Shown here: piece by piece, positions 51,993 to 62,445 of the stretch
Layout: each line of letters begins with the position of its first letter
Numbering within the stretch: position 1 is the first letter of the stretch
Origin: Lophium mytilinum
Taxonomy: Eukaryota
Assembly (NCBI GenBank): GCA_010093605.1
Contig: MU004202.1
Location: 135,560 to 199,559 of the forward strand
Direction of reading: 5' to 3'
DNA: 64,000 nt
The notes under the pieces: generated by a model
Seen by the model: the letters and a program-made list of their open reading frames with translations, nothing else
What the model was told of the DNA's origin: nothing
The model's database searches: none
Program-made: the position numbers and the translations under genes

Positions 51993-53136
51993 CTAGATCC
52001 TCGGACCATGCTCCCCCATAAAGTCGTACTTCAACAGCTTAGACTCCTCCGAAGGGGTATAGACAAAGCCACCTCCCCGTTCTTCTTTCAGCCTCGACTC
52101 CATGATCAACCCGATTGCGCCCTCTTCGTCTGTATGCGCGCGCTTCTCTCGAAAGTCACGGTCGCTTTCGCCTGGCCTCTTGAACGTGATGTGTCCGAAG
52201 TCAATCATTCGCACCTTATACTTCTCTGTGATCGGGTCCCATGCTACGATGGAGTTCCGGACATTGACGTCGTCGTTGCAGATATCGTGTGCAGAAATGG
52301 CGTTGACGATGCGGACGGCGTCCTCGCAGATGTACTGCCACGTCTCTCGCGGCACTCCAGGGTCGCCTTCGTACAGTTCGTGAAGCGCGAAACCTTTGAT
52401 GTACTGGAGCAGGATGCCCGGGCAGTCGTAGAATTTGGAAGTTTCCGTCTCGGACGTGTATCTGGACATGTTGTACTCGAGCAGCTCCACAGTAGCTATG
52501 CATCGCGGGACGTCTATTCCGTGCATGTCCTTAGTCCGCCTGTAGACCTCAGACTCCTGCTTGTACAGCCGCCGGATGACATTTTGGTAGTAGAGCTCAT
52601 TCTGGGCATCGTCCCATTCCTCGTCCTCCTCGAAATCATCTTCGCCTGGCCACAGGGATTCGAAGCCCTCCATCCTCTCGAGAAGCTTAGAAGCGGCATC
52701 TCCGTCTTCGAGCACATACCGTTGGTATTTGCGCTCGAGCTCAGGGTCCCAATAAGGATCACGGGATTGTTGTCGAAAGTCGCATGAGAAATGGCGATCA
52801 TATAGTTTGAGGATGAAGTCGCCCTTCAAGTCCAATGCGGGATAGTGCAGCCGCACTAGCAAGACTGGCGACATGGTGAAAGGCAGAAAGCATTTGATGA
52901 TTTCTGCTTTGACGATGTGATGCTTCTGCGCTGGAATCAAGCCCTCGCGGATTCGGAGACTGATGAAGTTGCCTACAATGTATGGCCACCTATAATCTAT
53001 TAGTGATGTTCGAGTTACTGTTTAGAAAAGCTACTTACTGGTCCTCTTTGTTCTCTAAGATAGTGGCAGTCGAGTACTCGCGGTAGAGTTCAGGGCTGCT
53101 GGCCAGCCTCCGCAATGTGGGTGTGGTGGAGGGCAT
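51993..53136 (-). CDS. Atypical protein kinase-like (PKL-fold) protein
   Basis: Exon 1 (53136-53039) + intron 52990-53038 + exon 2. Motifs ILKLYDR, E.EVY, GILLQYIKG, catalytic-loop-like NDDVNVRN and MIDFG. Confidence 0.75.
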
Positions 53137-53492
53137 TGTGTTTGTGTGGTTGTGTGGAGTGTCGAGGGAAGACGAAGCCTTGAAGAGTAGGTACGTGTTT
53201 GTGAATCACGAGCCAGGTGTGGGGCGCCTCAGCGATCCTATTGGCTCATTCACTTCACTTCACTGCCTGTGTACGCGTGAACTGGCTCTACACCGCTGCT
53301 CTCCGACTGCCACCCGTGAATTGAAGGCCATGATGGATCTGCCTACAAAAGGACTCTTTCAATCAGGGCTCCCTCAGCTTCATCAACCACCTTCCACACA
53401 CATATCACCACAACCACAAATCACACTCTACCAGCCAAATCTCTACCTTTCCAATACCCAAATCAACTCATCAGCTTCTTCGTTCAGTCACA

Positions 53493-53867
53493 ATGGTAAG
53501 TCGCACTGTCAAGGGGCCCCTAACCCTGCAACTAATCAGGAAATTCGTACTCAAACTAACTACGAATCAGCCCGGCAAACCTAAGCCCACTAAGCGGACC
53601 GTTTCCGACTACATCGGCGACATGAAGACCCCTAAGTTCTACTGGAACAAGGGCGACTGGAGCCAGTGCCATGGCGACAACAAGGGCACGACTGGTGGCA
53701 ACTACACCACCGAGACCATGATCAGCTCAACCACTCCGGAGAAGTACCTCGTGCGTGTCTGCCAGTTGAAGAAGCCGATCGTTAAGTTCGAGATGCCGGC
53801 TCTTGACCACGATGGGATCCCTACCAATGAGGAGGTCCTGAAGGAGCTGCAAGTGCAGATCCCCTAG
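53493..53867 (+). CDS. Small (~99 aa if spliced) protein of unknown function
   Basis: ACAATG followed directly by GTAAGT; CTAAC branch point and CAG at 53570 define a 75-nt intron. The second exon has strong C/G-ending codon bias and ends at TAG 53867. Confidence 0.65.
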   Translation: MVSRTVKGPLTLQLIRKFVLKLTTNQPGKPKPTKRTVSDYIGDMKTPKFYWNKGDWSQCHGDNKGTTGGNYTTETMISSTTPEKYLVRVCQLKKPIVKFEMPALDHDGIPTNEEVLKELQVQIP

Positions 53868-54787
53868 GCCCCTTGATGACGCCGTCTGTGGTTCCTCAAT
53901 GCTTTTTGTCCCTGTACAATACCAGCAGCCACAGCAGTTGATCTAGGTTGCCTTTTTCATATCATCATCCGGGTGTCTCTTTTGGCGTCGACGGTTTCAG
54001 ACATGGTTATCTCGGTTTTAATTCGGGGTGCGTCGGCCGGCGAATGGCATAGGCGCAATGGGCTCGGGTTGGCTTCAGCATATGATACCCTCTGTGAAAT
54101 AGACAGCACGTCAGCAGCAAATTGAAGTCTGCTTCCCACACACAATGCTTCCTGACCGCGAATTAGCCGTGATGATATAACATCCAATTCGCAACTTCGA
54201 CTTAACACATATAGATGACGCTGTATGAGGTGCCCCAACGTGGCGTAGAATAACTGCACATGATGTTAATACCTTGAAAACGCAGATCATACCAATCCAC
54301 GGTTGCCCTCTGCACTCCCATTCGACGCCATCAGAGGTTCTTGCCTAATTTGAGATCGCAAACGTGATGTTGAGTTCACAACACCGTAATTTAGCTGTAA
54401 GCTCCCAGATACTACAGTTCGTTAGTAATTCGTCTTCTTAAGAAATTTGGAAGGATTGCGAACCTATTTAGTGACCTCGCCATAGGTTTTTGTACAATCC
54501 CCTGCCGCCATTTGACGTGCTTCAGCATGTTTTAAAAATTTAAATAGAAATGGAATCTTGTGTGTTTGAACAAGCCTTGAGCTCGCTAGGTCACTTCAGA
54601 CGGCGCTGTTTGCAAACTGAAAGATACGCCAACACATCACTTGCAGATCATTTGACTTTATCTAGGAGAAGAGGAACAGTCAACGAGATATGTTACATTA
54701 CTACTCTGCATGAGAAGCATTATTTTGGGGGCTTTTAGTAACAAAGAAAGGTAGAAGACCAGTGCGGAGCTAATGAGGCTATAAGTG

Positions 54788-56623
54788 TCAGCGCCTAGTG
54801 CTCTCGCTAGGGCATGGGACTGTTGTGATTCCAGAAGACTTCAGAGCGGGATTGGCCGACTTGATGGCCTTTGTCAGCTTCTCCGCGTCTTCCGTAAAAT
54901 ATGGGTCGCAGTCATGCAGATGTAGCTCTTTGATGGTTTTTGGCAACACGCAAGTGGGCTGTGGAAGAAGACATCCGTCGATCTTGAGGCATGTGAGCTT
55001 TTTGAATGCGACCATGGAAGGGTTCCAAGAAGCTGGTTTCTCCTCTCCGTACGGAGGGCAGCAGATCTCCAGACTCTTCAGACAGTTTCTAGGGTTGTTA
55101 CGTAAAGCGTCGATTACTTCGAAAGGAGTTGCCCAATCGGGATCTAGAATAGCTCCGTTGGTGTTGAACACGTAGCTGAACGACTTCAGCTTGCCAACCG
55201 AGCCTAAAAGCGCTCCTAGTGACGATTTGCGGATGGCGCCTTCAGATATGGTGACTGACGTTAGATTCGAAGAACCGAACGCAGACACATCGCTTCCGAC
55301 AGTAAGATACTTTCCCGTAAAGCTGATCAAAGACGGCAGACGAAGCCAGGGCGTGATATCCATGTAATTCAGCTCAAAATTATCACAAGCTTCGATTCTC
55401 AGCTTCTTGAGGTTGGCGAGAACAACCTTTCCGTTCCGGTCCGATACAACGGCATCAAGTATGGGATGCACAGAAAACTCCTCATCTGATAGGCAGAGTG
55501 ACAAGGATTCAAGCTTCGGCAAGAAGTAAAGAACGACAGCAGTGATGCTGTCCATACTCTGGTTTGTTGCTTGTTTTGCCCAGAAGGACTGATTTAGCGG
55601 AAGCAACCGGCTACATGCTGTACGAAGCAAGTGTTCGGCGTCCAGGTCGCGTTCTGATTCAGACCTATATTCGGAGGAGAATTCCAGCTCGGCAACTTTG
55701 ACATATTTAGCAAGGTAAGGGAAGTCCAGAATAGTGCGAAGGAAGAGACAGGTTCTGTTCGGCTTGTTCTTAGGTTCTCGGTAGAACGCAGATCTGGCTT
55801 CTGAGTCTGAAAATTTCGAGTAGAGGAGCGGTGTGACAAGTCTGCGCACAGTACGAGAAACAAGCGCGACGCTCGCGAGTGTCGATAGTCGTGCTTCAAG
55901 TTCGTGGACGTATGAGAAGATCTCAAGAAGTAGCTCTTCGGGAAGGACTCCGAACTTCGCAACCCTCCTCTCCTGACGTTCTTTCCGACGCCCAAGCTTG
56001 GCTTCAGCAGCTCGCTTATTTTGGAGAGAATATTTGCGCTCTTTTCGTTGGCGTCTTGTCTTTGCCCGCTCGAGTTTACGAGCATCAAGTTCCTGTTGTC
56101 GCTGGGGCGTTCTCTTCGCTCTGCGCAGGGTCATTTTTTGGCCTCTGGTCAGTTTGTCTTCCTTGGGTAGGGTTTCCTTTTGAACACGCTTTTCGGCGCG
56201 CTCTCGCTGACGAGCATCGACTTCCTCCTGTGGTTGGCGAGGTCTCTTCCCTCTGGGTAGAGCTAGCTTCCCGTCTCCGGACAGATTTTCCTTCTCTAAC
56301 AGAGTTTTCTTCTCCGACAGAGTTTCCTTTTCCAACAGAGGTCCCATTTCTGACAGAGTCTCCTTTTGAGCCCGCTTTCCTTCCTGCTCACGGCGACGAG
56401 CATTGAGTTCTTCTTGTCCTTGGGGCGTTCTCTTCGCTTTGCGTAGAGCCAGCTTTTCGTCCATGGACGGATTCTCCTTCTCAGGCAGAGATTCCTCCTG
56501 AGGTCGCTTTCCTTTCCGCTCGCGGTCACGAACATTGACTTCCTCTTGACCTTGGGGCGTTCTCTTCACTTTCCGTAGCTCCAGCTTTTTCTTCCTAGCC
56601 AATTTTTCGTTTTCGGAAGACAT
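54788..56623 (-). CDS. F-box/LRR-like protein with N-terminal basic tandem repeats (paralogue A)
   Basis: 611-aa intronless ORF; LPEELLLEIFSYV F-box, TPLLYSKF, LFLRTI, PWLRLPSL, LxxLxL repeats; four ~42-aa repeats at the N-terminus. Confidence 0.8.
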   Translation of the reverse strand: MSSENEKLARKKKLELRKVKRTPQGQEEVNVRDRERKGKRPQEESLPEKENPSMDEKLALRKAKRTPQGQEELNARRREQEGKRAQKETLSEMGPLLEKETLSEKKTLLEKENLSGDGKLALPRGKRPRQPQEEVDARQRERAEKRVQKETLPKEDKLTRGQKMTLRRAKRTPQRQQELDARKLERAKTRRQRKERKYSLQNKRAAEAKLGRRKERQERRVAKFGVLPEELLLEIFSYVHELEARLSTLASVALVSRTVRRLVTPLLYSKFSDSEARSAFYREPKNKPNRTCLFLRTILDFPYLAKYVKVAELEFSSEYRSESERDLDAEHLLRTACSRLLPLNQSFWAKQATNQSMDSITAVVLYFLPKLESLSLCLSDEEFSVHPILDAVVSDRNGKVVLANLKKLRIEACDNFELNYMDITPWLRLPSLISFTGKYLTVGSDVSAFGSSNLTSVTISEGAIRKSSLGALLGSVGKLKSFSYVFNTNGAILDPDWATPFEVIDALRNNPRNCLKSLEICCPPYGEEKPASWNPSMVAFKKLTCLKIDGCLLPQPTCVLPKTIKELHLHDCDPYFTEDAEKLTKAIKSANPALKSSGITTVPCPSESTRR

Positions 56624-56854
56624 TTTGACGGAAGACCAAGCCAGTCCTTGGTGGAGAAGCTGGGGAGGAAGGGTGGTCGTTGGCGTTGGAATGTTGATAG
56701 GGTTTGCGGTACGGCATACTGTATCTCCTGTGATCCTGATTGCACCGTGCCACCCCTGTGCGCCTCCAACCTTAAGAAAACAACCAAAACCCTGAGAACC
56801 TCCCTAACCACTACTCAACCTCTCATCGGCATTGTCCTTGCTAAACCTCCCAAC

Positions 56855-58321
56855 ATGTCTCCCAGTCATGAAGATACGCTCCAACGGATGGTACCACGCC
56901 AAAGGCTCCCGAATGAACTGCTCGTCCAAGTGTTCTCATACTTGAAGTTTCGACATGAAACGAACCCATGGCGGGATCGTTGTACGCCAACTCTTCGGAG
57001 CATTACGCTTGCCTCTCGCTGCTTCTACGATCTTGCTACACCATTCCTCTACTATCGATTTCAGGTTCTTGAAGATGGTCAGTTCATCAACAGGGAGTCC
57101 CTCTTCCTCAGAACCATCTTCGAAAACCCGCACCTAGGAGATTATGTACGGGTTGTCAAGCTGGGAGTGTCTTCCCAATGGCATGGTCTTCCGCTTTCTG
57201 ACGAAGAACTCGAGGTTTTCTCTCGAATCGCCCGCATCTTGATGCTTGATCTCGATAAAACCTTCTGGACTATGCTGACCTCGACGCTTGGCTATAGCTC
57301 AGTCTCACTTACCGTGATGCTACTTCATTTCTTACCTAAGCTTGAAGAACTATATTTCGAGCTAGTGGACGACCAGTTCCCCAAGCATTTGCTTCCAAAA
57401 CCAGATGGCGCTTTGTTAGGCAATATCCTTACCAACCTTCAGAAGTTGAGGATCGAGTTTGTCAGCTCGCACACGGATATGGTCAACGTATGGATTGCAC
57501 CATGGCTTAGACTTCCCTCGATCACTATTTTCGAAGCTGTCTCGTTCTCTATCGACTACGATCTTATCCTCGATGCCTCAAATCTCACATCGATTGATCT
57601 GAATGGTGCTATGTCTTCCTTCGCTCTCGATAACATCTTGGGGAACTGCGAAAACTTAAAGTCCTTCCGGTATCAGTTTGACCCTAACATATATCAAGAG
57701 GACGACACGCCAGCCCCTGACGAGGTTCTCGATGGTCTGCGGAGGCTCGCTAGTAAAAGTTTGGAAAGCTTGAAATTACGGTACTATAGTAGCGGCGAGT
57801 ACTCGGATAATAACCAGTGGGAATTGTCTATTGCGTTATCCTATGACTTCTCACTGTGCTGCTTCGAGAAACTGAAATATCTCGAGATTGACGCTCCGTT
57901 CATCGTTGGAACAGACCAACACTACAAGGAATTACATGAAGGTATATCGTCCAAGGAAGTTCCACGACTGCTTGAAGTCCTCCCACCAAGGATCACCGAA
58001 TTACGGCTTCATGCTTGTGGGATGTACACCCAAGAGCAAATAGGTGATCTGGCAAGAGGAAGAATTGTCCGACCAATGTATCCCAGCCTAAAGCTTGTAG
58101 AGATCAATAGCTTCAAGCAGTTCTTTTTCACTCGCTCGTTCCTAAAGGATGTTCGAAAGAAATTCCTGGCGACAGATGTGCAATTCAAGTATGACTATTC
58201 AGAGGAATACCCGTTCGACGGGGGCTATGAAGGAGATCTCACTATGGCGCGCAACGACTTTACGTCCCATGAACCGACCAGTCTTTTCTTCTCGGACAGC
58301 GATTCAGACGATTCAGACTAG
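56855..58321 (+). CDS. F-box/LRR-like protein (paralogue B)
   Basis: Intronless ORF from ATG 56855; RLPNELLVQVFSYL F-box, ASRCFYDLATPFLY, LFLRTI, PWLRLPSI, LPPRITELRLHACG. Confidence 0.82.
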   Translation: MSPSHEDTLQRMVPRQRLPNELLVQVFSYLKFRHETNPWRDRCTPTLRSITLASRCFYDLATPFLYYRFQVLEDGQFINRESLFLRTIFENPHLGDYVRVVKLGVSSQWHGLPLSDEELEVFSRIARILMLDLDKTFWTMLTSTLGYSSVSLTVMLLHFLPKLEELYFELVDDQFPKHLLPKPDGALLGNILTNLQKLRIEFVSSHTDMVNVWIAPWLRLPSITIFEAVSFSIDYDLILDASNLTSIDLNGAMSSFALDNILGNCENLKSFRYQFDPNIYQEDDTPAPDEVLDGLRRLASKSLESLKLRYYSSGEYSDNNQWELSIALSYDFSLCCFEKLKYLEIDAPFIVGTDQHYKELHEGISSKEVPRLLEVLPPRITELRLHACGMYTQEQIGDLARGRIVRPMYPSLKLVEINSFKQFFFTRSFLKDVRKKFLATDVQFKYDYSEEYPFDGGYEGDLTMARNDFTSHEPTSLFFSDSDSDDSD

Positions 58322-58490
58322 TGGCACGGTTTACTGCTTACAGCGTTGCAGCCGGTCTGCCGTAACTAGCGTCGTGTCCTCATCCGAAACGCAAGGGTCT
58401 TGAAAACCAAGCATCAACATCAGGACATTTCCTCTAAGATTCTGGTACCCACACCGCCAGCATCCACTTCCCACAACGGCTTGCAGTCAA

Positions 58491-59931
58491 ATGGATAAGT
58501 CTCGTAAATTAGGATCGCGTCCAACTCTTCCAAATGAACTGCTACTTCGATCGTTCTCGTACCTGCTGCCGCAAACAGAGATTTCGCATTATCTGCGATA
58601 TGACACATGGAAGAATAAACTTGCATCAACACTGAGAAGTCTGACTCTTGCCTCTCGTTGCTTTTATGACCTTGCCACACCAATCCTCTATTCTCGATAT
58701 GTAGAGAGCGGATGGGATGAAGGGACTATCAGCACCCCGCTCTTCCTCCGGACCATTATCGAGCGTTCTCATCTGGCAGATCACGTTCAAGTTGCTGAGT
58801 TAGTACTTTTGGGAAGTGCAGGAATATCTGATCCGCTTTGTGGAGAGCTTTCCGAGCTTGTCCAACAAAAAGCACGTGACCTGTTGCTGCACCTCGATGA
58901 GGCATTCTGGTACAGTCTAAGCTCTGGCTTGTACGCCTGGGACTCATGTGTCGTAATTCTACTTCATCTCTTGCCTTCTCTTAAGGATCTATCTTTCGTT
59001 TTGATGGACGCAGATATAACTAGAGACCATTCCCCAGTACCAGATGGCGCCATACCAGGATATTGTCTTTCAAAATTCAGAAAATGAGAGTTGAGTGCGC
59101 TGGTGGCCCACCTCAATACGGAAACATGGGAATAGATATCAATCCGTGGATTAGGCTTCCATCTCTCCAAAGCTTCGAAAGTCTCTTTTTCGACATTGGC
59201 GACGACCTCTTTTCGGATCCCTCAGACCTAATGTCCTTCGATCTCTATGGCGGCATTACCTATGATTCCCTAAGCAGCTTGCTTGAGAACTGCCCTAGAT
59301 TGAAATCTTTTGGCTATCATTTCGACCCGGAACTCAGAAAGGAAAAGGAGATTGAAGGGGAGAATTGGGCGAGTTGTCATGAGGCCCTACATCTTCTACA
59401 AGATGGCCACTGCGACACTCTGGAGAGGCTGAAGATACGCTACTATGACCCATTCTCGGATGATGACGAACACGAGTGGCACGAGGAGGAGGCGCCTTGG
59501 CACTTCCCAATATCCTGTTTCGAGAACCTGAAAGTGCTCGAAATACAAGCTCCATTCATCCTTGGCACAGACCGCAACGGCAAGAATCCACAACAGCAGG
59601 CTTCACCGGACGAATACCCTCAACTGATTAACCTCCTCCCATCGACAATCACCGAGCTACGACTACATAATTGCGGAATGATCGCCCAAGAGCAAATCAG
59701 TGCCTTGTCGAAAGCAAAGCTCAACGACCTAGCCTAAGGCTTGTTGAACTCAATAGCGTGAAGCGGTATTTCTTCACTTCGTTGTTGATGAAACACGTCA
59801 AGAAGCAATTTCAGGAATCGAATGTGCTGTTCAAGTACGATACCTCTAGGGTTTATCCTTTCGGCGCAGATTATGAAGGCGATTTGACTGTTGCTAGTAC
59901 CGACGTGTTGTCATATAATGATTCAGATTAG
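58491..59931 (+). pseudogene. F-box/LRR-like paralogue C, split by two frameshifts
   Basis: Three consecutive ORFs (58491-59087, 59063-59737, 59671-59931) in three frames are each colinear with paralogue B. Shifts at ~59075 and ~59725 have no GT-AG intron to explain them. Confidence 0.75.
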
Positions 59932-60557
59932 TGGGAGCGGCGAGCATAGTTTGAATCACAGGCCTCTGAAGTTTGGAAACGGTTTCCACCTGTGTTTAGA
60001 TGCTAAATGTATAAGCTCCAATGAAAGATGGAAACCTACGACCTGATGCAGTATTTACAATGTCTTGTTGAAGATGCGTGCATATTTGTCTGCCTCTTTT
60101 GAAGTTCGTGGATGCATTTTAGTTGTTCGAACTTGTGTCATTAGAACAGTCAGTGAGCTTGCCGGGCCATCTCAGGTAGTGGTTGATGGAAGTACACTCT
60201 TGGCGGTATCGTTGGTCGCTCCAGTTTTCTAACCATGTTGGCGCATCATAAGCAGTGGCAGAACGATGTACATGGATTAATGACGAGGCACAGTAGCACG
60301 AAAGCTTCCCTGCAAACTTTCACACCATTTGTCGTGTCTCGATGTGCTAATAAAGATCTGGAGCAACTAGTCACAGGTCCGTTCTATGTACTACTGTCAA
60401 ACAACCGCGTCAGGTGGCTTAGGGTACTTTTCAGGCTTTTCATAAGGGTGTATTCAAATAACAGTTACTTGACCGATAGCCCTTTGACGTGACACAAGCG
60501 GTGTCCAAAGTGGTAACGAAATATTCATCCTAGTACCGCACGCTGCGATAACCTACT

Positions 60558-61997
60558 CTACTCAGATTTCTTTTCTGATTCGAGCGCATCTATAACTTCC
60601 TCAAGATACGAAGTGCCGTACGCATGGCCAAGATCACCGTCGTAAGCTTGACCCAAATAGTAATCAAAGTCGAAAGTATAATCAAACGCCACGCCTGCTT
60701 TGCGAAATCTTCTTTGGGCATCTTTTAGGTACGCAGGAGTCCAGAAGAACGTCTTGAAGCTGTCGATTGTGATGCGTTCCAAAGCTGGGTACACCGACCG
60801 AGTGATTCGTGCAACGTTTCCGATTTCCTCCAATACGCGTTGGCCACACATGTGAAGTCGTAGTTCGGTGATGTCGGGCGGCAAAACGCTATACAACTGA
60901 GGAGCCGTCATCTCTTCCCCGGTATACGTATCTGTGCCAAGAATGAACGGAGCGTCGATATCGAGAACCTTTAGGTTTTTCATGTTGCGAAAAGAGAAGT
61001 CCCAATCACCTAGGTCGTCCCAGTTCCAGTAATCATCGCTATCTGGGTTCGAATCGATGAGTCGAAAGGTCAGCTCTGTTAGAGTGTCACTAGCGAGATC
61101 GCGAATGCTCCAAAGAGCCTCGTCGGGGCTAGCCCATTCTTCGTCATCGAGTGTCCTAGGTAGGGCAAGAATCTCGTAGCTGAAAGACCGCAAGTTCTTG
61201 CACGACTTGAGTAAGTATTCCAAGATCAGTTTCTCTATGAGAACGAGGTGCAGGTTGATCGTTGTCAGGTTCAAGGGTCCCAGTGTTTGATCGCGGATAT
61301 CGAGAGGAATCGAGTTTGCCCTTAGTGAAGTGATGGATGGAAGCTGAAGCCAAGGCGTGAGGTCTACAGGGTCACTCTCATCGTGCTCAGCGCATAGCTG
61401 CAAGATCCGAAGTTTAGCAAGATTTTTGCTTGCTAAGACACCATGTGGTGTAGGATACATGAATGCGGGAATTCTGTCCTCCGGAAGGTACATAGTCATT
61501 TTTAATTCCTCAATGTTAGGCAAAAGGTTGAGCAAGACCGCGACAAGAGGATCCACTGAGTGAGGACGCTTGTCATCTAAATCTCTCAATATCATCAATC
61601 TAGGCCAGAACTGCGCAATGAGATGGAGTTTCTGGTCACGCGCCTGTGCAAGGACGCGCTCGAAATCAGCATCTGAGAATACTTGGACACGATCTCCCGA
61701 GAGACCCCATTCGAAGACTTTCAGATGTTGTGCCAGATGAGGACTGTGGACGATAGTGCGGAGTAAGAAGCATAGCGGCCTTCCTAACTCGATTCGGCGG
61801 GATGCGTATTCGGAGTCTGAAAATTTAGAGTAGAGAATAGGCGTAACGAGGTGGTTGAACGACCGAGATGCGAGAGCAATGCTTCTCAGAGTCCCCAAAC
61901 GCGATTGGCCCCGTCCAACATGAGAGAATATCTCGAGTAGCATCTCATTCGGAAGAGCTCGAGGTGGCCCCTTTCGTCGGGGTAGAGACAGCTCCAT
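60558..61997 (-). CDS. F-box/LRR-like protein (paralogue D)
   Basis: 479-aa intronless ORF; LPNEMLLEIFSHV F-box, TPILYSKFSDSE, PWLQLPSI, APFILGTD, LPPDITELRLHMCG, YDGDL. Confidence 0.82.
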   Translation of the reverse strand: MELSLPRRKGPPRALPNEMLLEIFSHVGRGQSRLGTLRSIALASRSFNHLVTPILYSKFSDSEYASRRIELGRPLCFLLRTIVHSPHLAQHLKVFEWGLSGDRVQVFSDADFERVLAQARDQKLHLIAQFWPRLMILRDLDDKRPHSVDPLVAVLLNLLPNIEELKMTMYLPEDRIPAFMYPTPHGVLASKNLAKLRILQLCAEHDESDPVDLTPWLQLPSITSLRANSIPLDIRDQTLGPLNLTTINLHLVLIEKLILEYLLKSCKNLRSFSYEILALPRTLDDEEWASPDEALWSIRDLASDTLTELTFRLIDSNPDSDDYWNWDDLGDWDFSFRNMKNLKVLDIDAPFILGTDTYTGEEMTAPQLYSVLPPDITELRLHMCGQRVLEEIGNVARITRSVYPALERITIDSFKTFFWTPAYLKDAQRRFRKAGVAFDYTFDFDYYLGQAYDGDLGHAYGTSYLEEVIDALESEKKSE

Positions 61998-62445
61998 GTT
62001 GGCGTCGTCTGGCTTGGCTCAGGGATATATCAAGCCAATCAAGTAAATCTCCGAAGGGTACTTCAAGATGTGATGAGGCACGTCGGTCAATGGCAAGGAG
62101 GTGCAAGTAGGCTTTGTGACAATGATGTAGGACGTGTTGTTTTTGATGGGTTTGAGATTGGGTATCGCGCGTGCGGGCTTTCTCGATCGTAGCGTCCGAG
62201 CTCTAATCACGTGAGTCATATAGTCCCCATCTTTCTATCTAATGAGAGAAGAGTGGTTCACGAGTCTCTGTCCATATTACACAAATAGCAGTCGCCTAAA
62301 AGGCATACATCACAATAATATATCAACATGCAAGTTTATCAGTCCAGAGAGTGACTGTTTCTATCATTCACAAACTAGGAAATCGCTATCCGCATCAGGT
62401 TCCTTTATAAACTAAATATCTGCATCAGGAAGCCATTGCGATAAT

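Noticed and set aside
59060..59090. Programmed -1 ribosomal frameshift in F-box paralogue C
   Set aside because: No XXXYYYZ slippery heptamer in frame, and a second independent shift would also be needed; simple deletions are more parsimonious.
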